Source of the DNA: Candidatus Bruticola sp.
GTDB taxonomy: Bacteria > Vulcanimicrobiota > Xenobia > Xenobiales > Xenobiaceae
Reading direction: 5' to 3'
NCBI GenBank assembly: GCA_051874735.1
Contig: JBJEGD010000035.1
Location: 1-64,000 of the forward strand
DNA length: 64,000 nt
The first letter of the stretch is position 1, and each line of letters begins with the position of its first letter. A program made the position numbers and the translations under genes. Positions 48,762 through 58,263 of this stretch are shown here, in pieces. Under the pieces are notes generated by a model, which saw only the letters and a list, made by a program, of their open reading frames with translations, did not search any database and was not told the DNA's origin.

Positions 48762-50054
48762 TTAGCTGCGTCCTACACTGCAGTATTGGAAATTGTGCTC
48801 AGCCATACGCTTAGGTTCAAAAATATTGCGTCCGTCTATAACTAAAGGTACTTTCATAAGTTGGTGAATTTCCAATAAATCGGCCGTTTTAAACTGAGGC
48901 CACTCAGTGCAAATAATTAGGGCCTGAGCTTCTCGGCAAGCTTCAGCAGCACATGAACACATGGAAGCTTGGGGCAGAAGCTTAGCGGCTTTGTCCATGG
49001 CAGCTGGATCGTAACAGCGAATTTCAGCCCCCTCTTTGAGCAGATTATTGACTATATCTACAGCTGGGGCGAAGCGCAGATCGTCAGTGTGAGGTTTAAA
49101 GGAAAGACCCCAAATCGCTACTCGCACGTTTTTTAACTTTGGGATACGCTGTTTCAGCTGTTCAACCGCCCAGTTGCGTTGGCAATCGTTAACTTTGGCT
49201 GCCGCTTCTAACATTTCAAATCCGCAGCCTAAATCTTTGGCAATGCGTATATAAGCCGCTACATCTTTGGGTAGACACATGCCTCCGTATCCTATTCCGG
49301 CTTCCATGGAAGTCATGCCTATACGATGATCTAGACCTATGCCTTTAGCTACCTTTTTTATGTCAGCTCCTGAACGCTGGCATATTTGAGCTACAGAATT
49401 GATAAAAGATATTTTTACAGCCAGAAAAGCGTTGGCGGAGTGTTTGATTAGTTCAGCCGAATTAATGTCAGTTATGAGCAGCGGAGCGTTTAAGGGCTCG
49501 TACAGTTCCACCAACAAAGAGGAAGCGCGCTGAGAAGAGACGCCTATTACGACTCGATCGGGGTGAAGAAAATCGTGTATGGCAGTACCCTCACGTAAAA
49601 ATTCTGGATTAGAAGCGACATCGAACTCTACGTTTGGGGCGGCATAGCTGCTGATAGTTCGTTTGACCCACTCTCCGGTTCTTACCGGCACCGTGCTTTT
49701 TTCTACAACTAATTTGTAACTATCGATGTTGAGGGCTATTTCTTTAGAAACCGCCTCCACAAAAGATAAATCGGCGCCGCCGTCGGGCAAAGGAGGGGTA
49801 TTTACGCATATAAAAATGATTTGGCTCTGTTTGGTGGCTTCAGCAATGCTGGAGGTAAAACGCAGTTTGCCTTCAGAAGTATAGAGCTTTATCAGTTGGG
49901 CTAAACCTGGTTCGTAAATAGGACATTCCTGACGCTGCAGACGGGCTAATTTATCTTGATCGTTGTCTACAGCTATAATTTTGTGGCCCAGCTCCGCCAA
50001 GCAGGCGCCGGTGACTAGACCGACATATCCGCAGCCGATAATGCTTATGTCCAT
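48762..50054 (-). CDS. ugd: UDP-glucose/GDP-mannose dehydrogenase
   Basis: GCGYVG, KSTVPV, SNPEFLREG, AELIKH, GYGGMCLPKD, FKPHTDDLR, DGRN. Confidence 0.95.
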   Translation of the reverse strand: MDISIIGCGYVGLVTGACLAELGHKIIAVDNDQDKLARLQRQECPIYEPGLAQLIKLYTSEGKLRFTSSIAEATKQSQIIFICVNTPPLPDGGADLSFVEAVSKEIALNIDSYKLVVEKSTVPVRTGEWVKRTISSYAAPNVEFDVASNPEFLREGTAIHDFLHPDRVVIGVSSQRASSLLVELYEPLNAPLLITDINSAELIKHSANAFLAVKISFINSVAQICQRSGADIKKVAKGIGLDHRIGMTSMEAGIGYGGMCLPKDVAAYIRIAKDLGCGFEMLEAAAKVNDCQRNWAVEQLKQRIPKLKNVRVAIWGLSFKPHTDDLRFAPAVDIVNNLLKEGAEIRCYDPAAMDKAAKLLPQASMCSCAAEACREAQALIICTEWPQFKTADLLEIHQLMKVPLVIDGRNIFEPKRMAEHNFQYCSVGRS

Positions 50055-50151
50055 TTTTATTTTCTCTCCTCAGAAACAAAAACATTACCATTGGAAATTG
50101 CCTATATATTGGGTTTTTACCTGCTTTTTATAGTGCAAAGGCTTTATTTTA

Positions 50152-50202
50152 TCCCCCATCCTCCCAAGTCTATCTTGTTGATAGACTTGGGAGGATGGGG
50201 GA
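50152..50202. repeat. Perfect 23-bp inverted repeat with 5-nt loop
   Basis: tcccccatcctcccaagtctatc-ttgtt-gatagacttgggaggatggggga. Confidence 0.95.
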
Positions 50203-50229
50203 CTATATCGCAACGTAGCAGCAATATAG

Positions 50230-52323
50230 CTATTTGCTAAAAGTAGGTTGGTCGGTCAACTCTAAGGTGAGTGTCTTAAGTTTGGGACTTTTTATAAAAA
50301 GGCGTTCATTGTCCGCCTCTGTTTCTAAGTTTAAACACAGTGAACCACTTCGGTCAGTCGTGCCTTTAAAAAGTTGTCGCCCCTGACTGTCTTCAATTGT
50401 CACTGCAGAGCCGGGCAGGGCACAACTGTATTCGTCTTCGACTATGACGCACAGAGTAAGCTTATGTTTAAGCTGAGTTGGTATCGTTTGTTCAGCAGGA
50501 GGCTGAGGGGGTAAAACTATTATTGGCGGATTTTCAGTTTCTGGTAAGTCCAGTATATTTTTCAGCGGTTCTTGAGGTTTAGGCACTTCAGACCAGTCTG
50601 GCTCAGTGTCTGCCAGTATAGGCGAAGGGGTGATTTTCCTGCCGCTTGATTCAGTATAAGGCTGTTCAGCGGAGCGCTCAGGAAGTTCTTTTTTAGCTTG
50701 TTTTTGATAATTAGTGAGACGAGCAATAATTTTATGGGGAGAGCCGCCAAGCAAACGCAGACTAGCCGTGCCTTTCGAAAAAAGGCTGCAAGCTGTTAAT
50801 CCTCCAGTACCCAGATAGCGCAAAGATTGTACAGAGAATTCAGCCCTTCCATTCTTGGTTGTGACCATCGGTGGACAGCTGAGGCCTAGGCCGTAAAGTT
50901 CAATTTCTGTACCATCAGGAACAGGGTTCCCTTTAGAATTTAATGCTAGAATAGAGGCTGAACCTTGACTTCGGCCATCGTTGGGCAACTGTTCTGGCAA
51001 TTCTACTTTTATTAAAGCTGGATAGGCTGTGCCTCGACTGTCTTTTATTACCAGGGCGTTGCCTATAGGACGCTGATAAGTTCCTGCTTGAGGTCCATTA
51101 CCGACAATATGACTTCCTACAGACATGCCAGTAGAGCCTCCACCGTCCAGGTTTAACGCTTCAGTCATGCCTTTTTTTTGCAAGTATTTCGCTATGGTCG
51201 GCAGCTTCCAGCCCTGACTATGACTGTCGCGAATACCGGAGAGGCTGGCCAGCATCATTTTGTCTTTGTTAAAGGCAATTACGCTCCGCCCGCAGGCCCT
51301 AGTAATATCGTTGCCTTTAGGTCCGAGAGCCTCGGCATCGGCAGTAATACATACTTCTCCGTTTTTCAGTAGGGTAGGGCCTGCTCCCAGAGCCATACGC
51401 AGAGATGGAACTGGCTGATTATTCAGTCGCACTACTTTACCATTGACGACTTTCAGGCGTTCAATAAAGGGATCACCGTCTTTAGGAAAGACTATAACGC
51501 TGCGGGCTGGGCGGCGGCCTACGTGAGGAGAAATTATGTTGCCATCTTTGACTACCAAACCCAGTAGGCCGCCGTTGGGCATATTAAAGAAACCACCGTT
51601 TATACCGGCAATAGCTCCGTCTTCCTGTGCGACAATTTCACTGAGCACTGCCGTTTTATTAGGATTGTTTTTGGCAAGAGCGACATCAACGCTTATATGA
51701 GGATCGGAACGATCAAAAAGAAGTTGATTCCAAAGTAGAGTGCCAAAAGTTGGATCTTTAATAAATCGGCGGCTCCAAGTAATACCAGGAGAAATTTTAT
51801 AAGAGCTAGGTAAGTTTCGGGGAACGGTATTTATATCTGCCACTAAACGGTGAGGCTCTTTTAACTTGAAAAAAGCTATATTGCTGCTTTGTATGGCCGA
51901 AGCAAAATTAATAGTAAATCGGAATCGATTAAAGTTAGGCCAGTTTATTTGCCAATTTTTTATAGCTTGGCTTTTAGGGGCACTATCTGGCTTGACTTTA
52001 TTCTGCCGAGTATTTATCAGTTCGATTACAAGGCATTGTCCCTGCTTCTCTAGCCAATATTGGAAAACAGGTTCTTCCTTCGTATTAAAAACTAATCTTA
52101 ACTTTTGTTGAAAGACTGAATGGCGAATCGATTCAAGGCTGTTGAACAAACCTTCATCGGAGTTTAAAGGAAGGCTGATCGATTCTTTATTGTCGTCAGT
52201 TAAAGCTGCAGCAGGCTTATGAGTCGGTGCCGCCGCTTGAGCTTCCCAAAAGGGAGTAGCGTTCCAGAGAATCAATCCGAAAGCAACTGTAGTTAAGCTG
52301 CAAAGAAAATAATTGCGTTTCAT
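50230..52323 (-). CDS. Secreted phosphodiester glycosidase (NAGPA) family protein with AMIN-like N-terminus and Ig-like C-terminus
   Basis: Signal peptide; LKEPHRLVAD; AGINGGFF, GAGPTLL, ALNLDGGGST, RPIGNAL. Confidence 0.85.
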   Translation of the reverse strand: MKRNYFLCSLTTVAFGLILWNATPFWEAQAAAPTHKPAAALTDDNKESISLPLNSDEGLFNSLESIRHSVFQQKLRLVFNTKEEPVFQYWLEKQGQCLVIELINTRQNKVKPDSAPKSQAIKNWQINWPNFNRFRFTINFASAIQSSNIAFFKLKEPHRLVADINTVPRNLPSSYKISPGITWSRRFIKDPTFGTLLWNQLLFDRSDPHISVDVALAKNNPNKTAVLSEIVAQEDGAIAGINGGFFNMPNGGLLGLVVKDGNIISPHVGRRPARSVIVFPKDGDPFIERLKVVNGKVVRLNNQPVPSLRMALGAGPTLLKNGEVCITADAEALGPKGNDITRACGRSVIAFNKDKMMLASLSGIRDSHSQGWKLPTIAKYLQKKGMTEALNLDGGGSTGMSVGSHIVGNGPQAGTYQRPIGNALVIKDSRGTAYPALIKVELPEQLPNDGRSQGSASILALNSKGNPVPDGTEIELYGLGLSCPPMVTTKNGRAEFSVQSLRYLGTGGLTACSLFSKGTASLRLLGGSPHKIIARLTNYQKQAKKELPERSAEQPYTESSGRKITPSPILADTEPDWSEVPKPQEPLKNILDLPETENPPIIVLPPQPPAEQTIPTQLKHKLTLCVIVEDEYSCALPGSAVTIEDSQGRQLFKGTTDRSGSLCLNLETEADNERLFIKSPKLKTLTLELTDQPTFSK

Positions 52324-52341
52324 CGTTTTGTCTAAAAGAAA

Positions 52342-52378
52342 TAAAAGCCTCCCCGGCTCGGCAGAAGCTAAGGAGGCT
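52342..52378 (-). terminator. Weak terminator-like hairpin
   Basis: agcctcc / ggaggct, followed by TTTAT on the minus strand. Confidence 0.45.
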
Positions 52379-52393
52379 GCTGATAGATATTAA

Positions 52394-53083
52394 TTATTTA
52401 TTGAATTCGCGAACTTCGCCAGCGGCCATAATAGTAACCTGAGTTTCTGTCTCTTTTTCAACGAGTTGTTTGAAGACTTGGGGATCGGCCTGGATTACAG
52501 GGAAAGTGTTGAAATGCATGGGAATAACGGTTCTCGGCTTGATCATTTTTACAGCTTCTACCGCTTCTTCTATATCCATGGTGAAGGTGCCGCCGATAGG
52601 CAGAAGGGCTAAGTCTGGTTTATAGCGGCGACCGATCAATTCCATGTCTCCGAATAAGCCAGTATCGCCGGAGTGATAAATAGTTACGCCGTCAATGTTA
52701 ACAATAAGGCCTACGGATGGGCCGGCGAATTTGCCTTCATAAGATGAACTATGGGTAGCTGGCACCAGACGTACCCATCCCCAAGGGAAGGTTAGCTTGC
52801 CACCCAGTGCACAAGGGAAAGCGGAAATGCCTTTGCTCCCCAGAAGGCTGGCTAATTCAAAAGGAGCGACAACTTCTGCACCGTGCAGCTTAGCCAATGA
52901 TTCAGCGTCGCCGCTGTGATCGCCATGTCCGTGAGTAAGCAGAATATGGGCAAAGGTCAGACCTCCAGGAAGGCTTTTCCCTTTCATATGGGGATTACCG
53001 CTGATAAAGGGATCGATAATGATAGCTTGATGTTGATTATTTTCTAAAGCGAAAGTAGAATGACCAAAATAGTAAAGTTTCAT
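52394..53083 (-). CDS. UPF0173 metal-dependent hydrolase (MBL fold)
   Basis: GHS, IDPF, THGHGDH, YHSGDT, LPIGG.FTM, IPMHFNTF. Confidence 0.9.
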   Translation of the reverse strand: MKLYYFGHSTFALENNQHQAIIIDPFISGNPHMKGKSLPGGLTFAHILLTHGHGDHSGDAESLAKLHGAEVVAPFELASLLGSKGISAFPCALGGKLTFPWGWVRLVPATHSSSYEGKFAGPSVGLIVNIDGVTIYHSGDTGLFGDMELIGRRYKPDLALLPIGGTFTMDIEEAVEAVKMIKPRTVIPMHFNTFPVIQADPQVFKQLVEKETETQVTIMAAGEVREFNK

Positions 53084-53136
53084 AAGTAATTTTCTCCTGT
53101 TGGTTAAAGTTACTGTCTCCTAAGTATTAGGACAAC

Positions 53137-53544
53137 TTATCCTAAATGGTTGGTTTTGAGAAAGTTATTCAAACGCTTTTGTGAACAGCTTTTTAGATAA
53201 GCTTCTAGCTGGCGTTTTTCTTTAGCCTTGCGCTCCAAAAGAAGTCTGAATTCCCGGAATGGGGTTGGACTGGACAGAGCATCAGTTAATTTTGAGGCTA
53301 AAGCTTTATCGGCTACAATTTTGATGAAGCCCTGCAGCTCGGCATAACGTTCTTCAGAATTGCGTTTAGGAATTTTTACAAAACGCTGATTGTCGGCCAT
53401 AAAATCACGTTTGAATTTTTCAATACTCTGAGGATCCTTTAGACTTACTTTGCGCACAGTTTGCAGCTTAATATCTGCAAACCACTGAGTGCCTGGATCA
53501 CTTTCGTTTAATGCTTCAATAAGTTTTTCCTGATCGATAGCCAT
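53137..53544 (-). CDS. UPF0158-family protein
   Basis: RFVKIP...F...L..AL....PFREFR..L pattern. Confidence 0.65.
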   Translation of the reverse strand: MAIDQEKLIEALNESDPGTQWFADIKLQTVRKVSLKDPQSIEKFKRDFMADNQRFVKIPKRNSEERYAELQGFIKIVADKALASKLTDALSSPTPFREFRLLLERKAKEKRQLEAYLKSCSQKRLNNFLKTNHLG

Positions 53545-53700
53545 CAGATTCAGCTCTCCTTACATCAGTGCTCTTTTTAACTCTGAAGAATTGTTCCGCT
53601 TAATCTGTATTCCCTTTTTTTGACCAAGACAAAGTAAATAAGCAGTGTCCATTCGGCCTGTCTGTGGCCAGGTAAGCTCTGTCCTCTCAATCAGACTTTT

Positions 53701-54222
53701 CTAAATTTGACGGCGCAGCAGGGCTGAAGCTAAAGCGGCCATGCCCTCTCCGCTGCCGCAGAATCCCATCTTTTCAGTAGTTGTGGCTTTGACACTTACT
53801 TGCTCTGCTTCTATCCCTAAAGCCTTGGCAATATTTTGAGCCATTTGTTGAAAATAAGGCGCCATCTTGGGCTTTTGAGCAACGATAATAGAATCGATAT
53901 TGACTATTTCATAACCGGATTTTCTAACTAAGTCTGAGACAGCTGTAGCCAATTTTAATGAATCAGCACCTTTCCAGCGTTCATCGGTATCTGGAAAATG
54001 AACGCCTATGTCGGCCAGTTTGGCGGCACCTAAAATAGCATCCATAACCGCGTGAACTAGGACGTCGGCGTCGGAGTGGCCCAAAAGTCCCAATTCATAG
54101 GGAATGTTTACTCCTCCTAAAATTAGAGGACGTCCTTGAATGAGCTGATGTACATCGAATCCTAAACCAGTTCTAAACTGAATCTGAGATTTTATTAGGC
54201 TGATAATTTCTTGTCTGTCCAC
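53701..54222 (-). CDS. ispF: 2-C-methyl-D-erythritol 2,4-cyclodiphosphate synthase
   Basis: GLGFDVH, LILGGV, GHSDADV, DIGVHFPD, SVKATTTE. Confidence 0.97.
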   Translation of the reverse strand: MDRQEIISLIKSQIQFRTGLGFDVHQLIQGRPLILGGVNIPYELGLLGHSDADVLVHAVMDAILGAAKLADIGVHFPDTDERWKGADSLKLATAVSDLVRKSGYEIVNIDSIIVAQKPKMAPYFQQMAQNIAKALGIEAEQVSVKATTTEKMGFCGSGEGMAALASALLRRQI

Positions 54223-54427
54223 GGATAAGCCCCTTCTACTGGTAATTTGAAATCAATCTGTATAATTTATTGATAACAATTTATAGGTAATATATACGAA
54301 AATTGGAGCAAAATAAAAGAGAGACATACCCCCCAGCCAGGCTCTGCCTCTCAATTCATTTTAACAACTTGTAGAACTTACAAGCAGGTTATTTCTTCTC
54401 AGCTGACTGTCAAACTCAGCCTTAACA

Positions 54428-54970
54428 TTAAATAATGCGCAATCCGTCGGTATTATAAATACCGAAGTTCATGGTAGAAGGACCGTTAGCGAACATCCCT
54501 AACCCGTTTATCTGATTTGTTGAAGAGTCTCCTACAGCCGCCGCCGCTTGGGCCGCTGAGGTCTGCATTTCGATATCGTCAGGATGACTAAGATCGTCTA
54601 TCAAGGCGATAGTCCCCAAGCTGGAAACAGAAAGTTCGCTAGCTTGGTTAGAACCGCTTACTGTTGCTGAAGAAGCGTCAGCAATTAAAAAACCGTTGAA
54701 TTCACTGTCGGTTAGACCATGTTTGGCTGAAGTACTGGTAGATTTAAAAGAATCGTTGGTTAAGGGATCAGTCGCTTTATCCTCAGAGGTAAGTGACACA
54801 GATTCAGAAGCATCGGAGTAGGTGAGCTCTACGCCTATATTTACTTGATCGAGTTGCTCTGGTTCTAGATTAACGGAGGGAGATGTGCGTGGGGCAGAAG
54901 CTGCTTGACTGTAGGCCAAGCCACCCGTAGAGCGGACGGTATGCATCCCAGCCAAATTGATCTCGTTCAT
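54428..54970 (-). CDS. Hypothetical S/A/D-rich protein
   Basis: GGAGGG RBS; 180-aa ORF of low complexity. Confidence 0.65.
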   Translation of the reverse strand: MNEINLAGMHTVRSTGGLAYSQAASAPRTSPSVNLEPEQLDQVNIGVELTYSDASESVSLTSEDKATDPLTNDSFKSTSTSAKHGLTDSEFNGFLIADASSATVSGSNQASELSVSSLGTIALIDDLSHPDDIEMQTSAAQAAAAVGDSSTNQINGLGMFANGPSTMNFGIYNTDGLRII

Positions 54971-55161
54971 AATAATTACCCTCCAAGAGAACGGCGCAGC
55001 GCAATTTTACGCACCGCAGCATAAACACCTAAAATTCACTATGCTATAATTAATAATTGATTGCCAAAAAACCAAGCAGCTCCCGTATAAACTAGACCAA
55101 AGGCCAGAAAGACTAACGAGCTGCCTGTGAAGACTCAAGCGCCCTTTGTGTGCGTACAGTT

Positions 55162-55195
55162 AAAAAGATCTACCAGGCTCACCAGATCTTTTTTT
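55162..55195 (+). terminator. Terminator-like hairpin with no annotated upstream gene
   Basis: aaaaagatct...agatcttttttt. Confidence 0.6.
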
Positions 55196-55444
55196 GCATA
55201 CGGCTTTAAGAGCACTCGCAGTCAAAGATACTTTATTTCGCTTTGCAAAGATATATTAGGAAGCGCGGCTCAATAAGTCAATGAACATAATTGGAAGTTT
55301 TGTTAAAATATGGTAGAAATGGTTAAGCCCAGCCTTTGTTATAGGCTCGAACCTGCGGAGGTTTTGCCCTAGTCCAAAGAGAAAAAAACGTCGGCGGATA
55401 TACTTGTCGGCTGCAGCTTTTGTTGTGCGAGGATTTGATACATT

Positions 55445-55759
55445 ATGGAAATAACTGTTAAAAATACGCCTAGGCCTGAAGCCGGGGGTAACGAAACAAC
55501 CTTAATCTTGAACGGACGCTTCGGTAATAACTCTGCTTCTGAAGTTGAGAGTGTGGTGCAGGAAGTTATAGGCTCATGTCGGCGTCTAACTTTCGATTTT
55601 TCTGGAGTCGATTACATTTCTAGTGCCGGTCTGCGCGTGCTGCTAATGGCTAAGAAAAAGTTGGGACCTGGTGTGGAAGTGGCAGTGGTCAATGCCAACG
55701 AGGTAGTTAAAGAAATTTTTGATATCTCCGGATTCTCGAAAATACTGCAAGTTCAATAG
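55445..55759 (+). CDS. STAS-domain anti-sigma factor antagonist
   Basis: DFSGVDYISSAGLRVLL, VKEIFDISGF. Confidence 0.92.
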   Translation: MEITVKNTPRPEAGGNETTLILNGRFGNNSASEVESVVQEVIGSCRRLTFDFSGVDYISSAGLRVLLMAKKKLGPGVEVAVVNANEVVKEIFDISGFSKILQVQ

Positions 55760-55824
55760 ATAATTAGAAGCTTATTTTTGACTTTTATCTTTTCTGTCTT
55801 AATGTTTTCCCCCCTTAAAAAATT

Positions 55825-58164
55825 ATGCGTACCGCCATTCGCAAAAAACTTCTTATTGTAGTGGCTCTAGCCGCATTTATTGTTTCCTGGCTGTCTCTCA
55901 ATCTTGTCGATAAAAACTGCCGTCTGCATGTTAGCAAGCTCTTTAATGAAGCCGGTAAAGACACCTCGCGGGCCTTAGCTACCAGCGATAAGAGAGCTTA
56001 CGATACCAGATCAGGAATGATGCATACGGTGCTCACTTCTTTAGAGACCGTAACTGAAGTGGTCAATTCTTTTCCAGGCATCGAGAAAAACCGCACCGCT
56101 TTGGAAGGATTGCGCAGCAGTTTAGGTATCAGCCGCATCGATATTATCGATGGTTTACAATGGCAGATATTGGTAAGCACAGACCAAGAGTTAGACGGAG
56201 CTCCCGTGCAGGCTGACAGGCCTGCGCCTCTAAAAGACAGCAACCCAGATTTTAGTGCTTTTGTTACTAGCATGGGCAGTTATCACCCTGTTGATTATGT
56301 AACTGACAGCCATAATCGCGATTTGCTGCTTTTTTACAGTGAATTAAAGCGTCAGGGACGAGTTCTGCGTTTAGGGTTTAATGCCGCTAGTTTTAAGAAC
56401 ACTTACAATGTGGCTGAACATGAATTAGTTACAGGCAGTCTGCCTCTCGGAGAACATGGAGGGGTCGACGTCGTTTCTCAAAACGGTGTGATAGTTAACA
56501 GTATAAATAAAGAATTTATCGGTACTCCATTCGCTGAAATTTATCCAGGATTTAATTTCAGTAATTTTAAAGCTGGTCAGTTAATTAGAACTGCCCGTCG
56601 CGGTACGACAAGCTATTGTACTTTTTACACCACCCAGTACGGCTATATAATAGTTCCCTTTATGCCGGCTTCAGAAGTTTACGCGACCAGGCGCACTATT
56701 CTGCAGGTTATGCTGAGCGGTTTTCTGATAATTTTGACCGCTATATTTTTCAGCACTTCTCGTATAGTTAAAACTGTAATCTTAGACGGATTGGAGCATA
56801 TTAACGATTCTTTGGCTAAAATAGAGGCCGGCGACCTGGAAGAGAAAGTCAATGAAAACAGTTATCCTGAGTTTTGTGTGCTCAGTCAGGGAATTAACTC
56901 TACGGTGGAAGCACTCAAGCAACTTATGGAAAACCAGCTGGCTTACGACGCCGAGCAAATGAACTTAGCCCGCACTATCCAGTTGTCTTGTCTGCCCAAA
57001 TTTTTCCCTACTTATCCGGAGCTGAAAGAGCTCAATCTTTGCGCTAGAACCTCTCCCGCTCAGGAGGTAGGCGGCGATTTCTATGATTACTTCCGCATTA
57101 ATGACAATCTGTACTGTGTTATTATTGCCGACGTCTCTGAACATGGCATCCCCGCAGCTCTAATGATGATGACTGCCAAAACGGCTCTGCACGATGCCAT
57201 CCTTTCTGGCGATACTTTGGAACACTGCATGGAAAGTGTCAATTTCTCTTTATGTGAGAATAATAGCACTTGTATGTTCGTAACTGCTTTTGCAGCTACT
57301 ATAAATATCAAAACGGGAGAATTCCGCTTCGTCAATGCCGGTCACTGTCGGCCTTTGCTGCGTCGCCGCAGCGGTATTTGGGAGGCTGTTAAGATTGGCT
57401 CCGGTATGGTTTTAGGTGGTATCGATAATCTCAGTTATACCGCTGAAAGTTGGTTTTTAGAGGATGGAGACCGGGTCTTTCTTTACACGGATGGGGTCAC
57501 TGAGGCCGTCAACAAAAAAGGTGAGATGTTCGGTTTGGGCGGTTTAGAAATCGTTTTAAATAGGCAAGCTTGTGACAATTACGATCCTGCTTCCCTAATT
57601 AATTTAGTGCATGGCGAGTTAGAAAAATTTATCCAGGGAGCGACCTTAGAAGATGACATAACTATGATGGCTTTGGAGTATTACGGACGAGCTCCTCAAG
57701 CTCGTTTCCTCTGCGTGTCAGCTGAACATGAAAATTTAGAAAAGGTACTCAGCTTCATAAACGAGTTGCTGGATACAGCTAAACTAGATTCTAGCTCTTT
57801 GTCGCAGATAAAAAGTGCTATGGATACGGCGGCCGACGATATTTTTACCAACATAGTTAGCTATGCCGGCGCAGGAAGAACTGAAGCTGTCCAAGTTACA
57901 ATTAGAGCGGAAATTCAGGCTTATCCTTATCAACTAGTTCTTCATTTTATAGATAATGGCCATCCTTACGATCCTACGGCTGTGGCCGAGCCCAATGTAG
58001 AACTCAGCTATATCGATCGGCGCTGCGGAGGTCTGGGTATCTTCTTAGTTAAGAAATTAACCGATCAAATGACATATCGCTACACTGAAGGGTGCAACAT
58101 TTTGCGCCTAGTGAAGCTTCTTTCTCCTGTGTCTAATCAGGTTTCGACACCTGCTGATAAATAG
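55825..58164 (+). CDS. Membrane sensor with HAMP, SpoIIE/PP2C phosphatase and RsbW-like HATPase domains
   Basis: 2 TMs; ARTIQ, VGGDFYD, IADVS, NAGH, YTDGVTEA, DDIT; C-terminal NIVSYA, DNGHPYDP, GGLGIFLVK. Confidence 0.9.
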   Translation: MRTAIRKKLLIVVALAAFIVSWLSLNLVDKNCRLHVSKLFNEAGKDTSRALATSDKRAYDTRSGMMHTVLTSLETVTEVVNSFPGIEKNRTALEGLRSSLGISRIDIIDGLQWQILVSTDQELDGAPVQADRPAPLKDSNPDFSAFVTSMGSYHPVDYVTDSHNRDLLLFYSELKRQGRVLRLGFNAASFKNTYNVAEHELVTGSLPLGEHGGVDVVSQNGVIVNSINKEFIGTPFAEIYPGFNFSNFKAGQLIRTARRGTTSYCTFYTTQYGYIIVPFMPASEVYATRRTILQVMLSGFLIILTAIFFSTSRIVKTVILDGLEHINDSLAKIEAGDLEEKVNENSYPEFCVLSQGINSTVEALKQLMENQLAYDAEQMNLARTIQLSCLPKFFPTYPELKELNLCARTSPAQEVGGDFYDYFRINDNLYCVIIADVSEHGIPAALMMMTAKTALHDAILSGDTLEHCMESVNFSLCENNSTCMFVTAFAATINIKTGEFRFVNAGHCRPLLRRRSGIWEAVKIGSGMVLGGIDNLSYTAESWFLEDGDRVFLYTDGVTEAVNKKGEMFGLGGLEIVLNRQACDNYDPASLINLVHGELEKFIQGATLEDDITMMALEYYGRAPQARFLCVSAEHENLEKVLSFINELLDTAKLDSSSLSQIKSAMDTAADDIFTNIVSYAGAGRTEAVQVTIRAEIQAYPYQLVLHFIDNGHPYDPTAVAEPNVELSYIDRRCGGLGIFLVKKLTDQMTYRYTEGCNILRLVKLLSPVSNQVSTPADK

Positions 58165-58263
58165 GTCTGCCTCCACTAGCCGAGCATGATTTAATATTTT
58201 TATACTGCGACAGTTTTACTGCTATAAGTATTCAATTCGCCTATAGCGGTTAACTGTGAGGAC

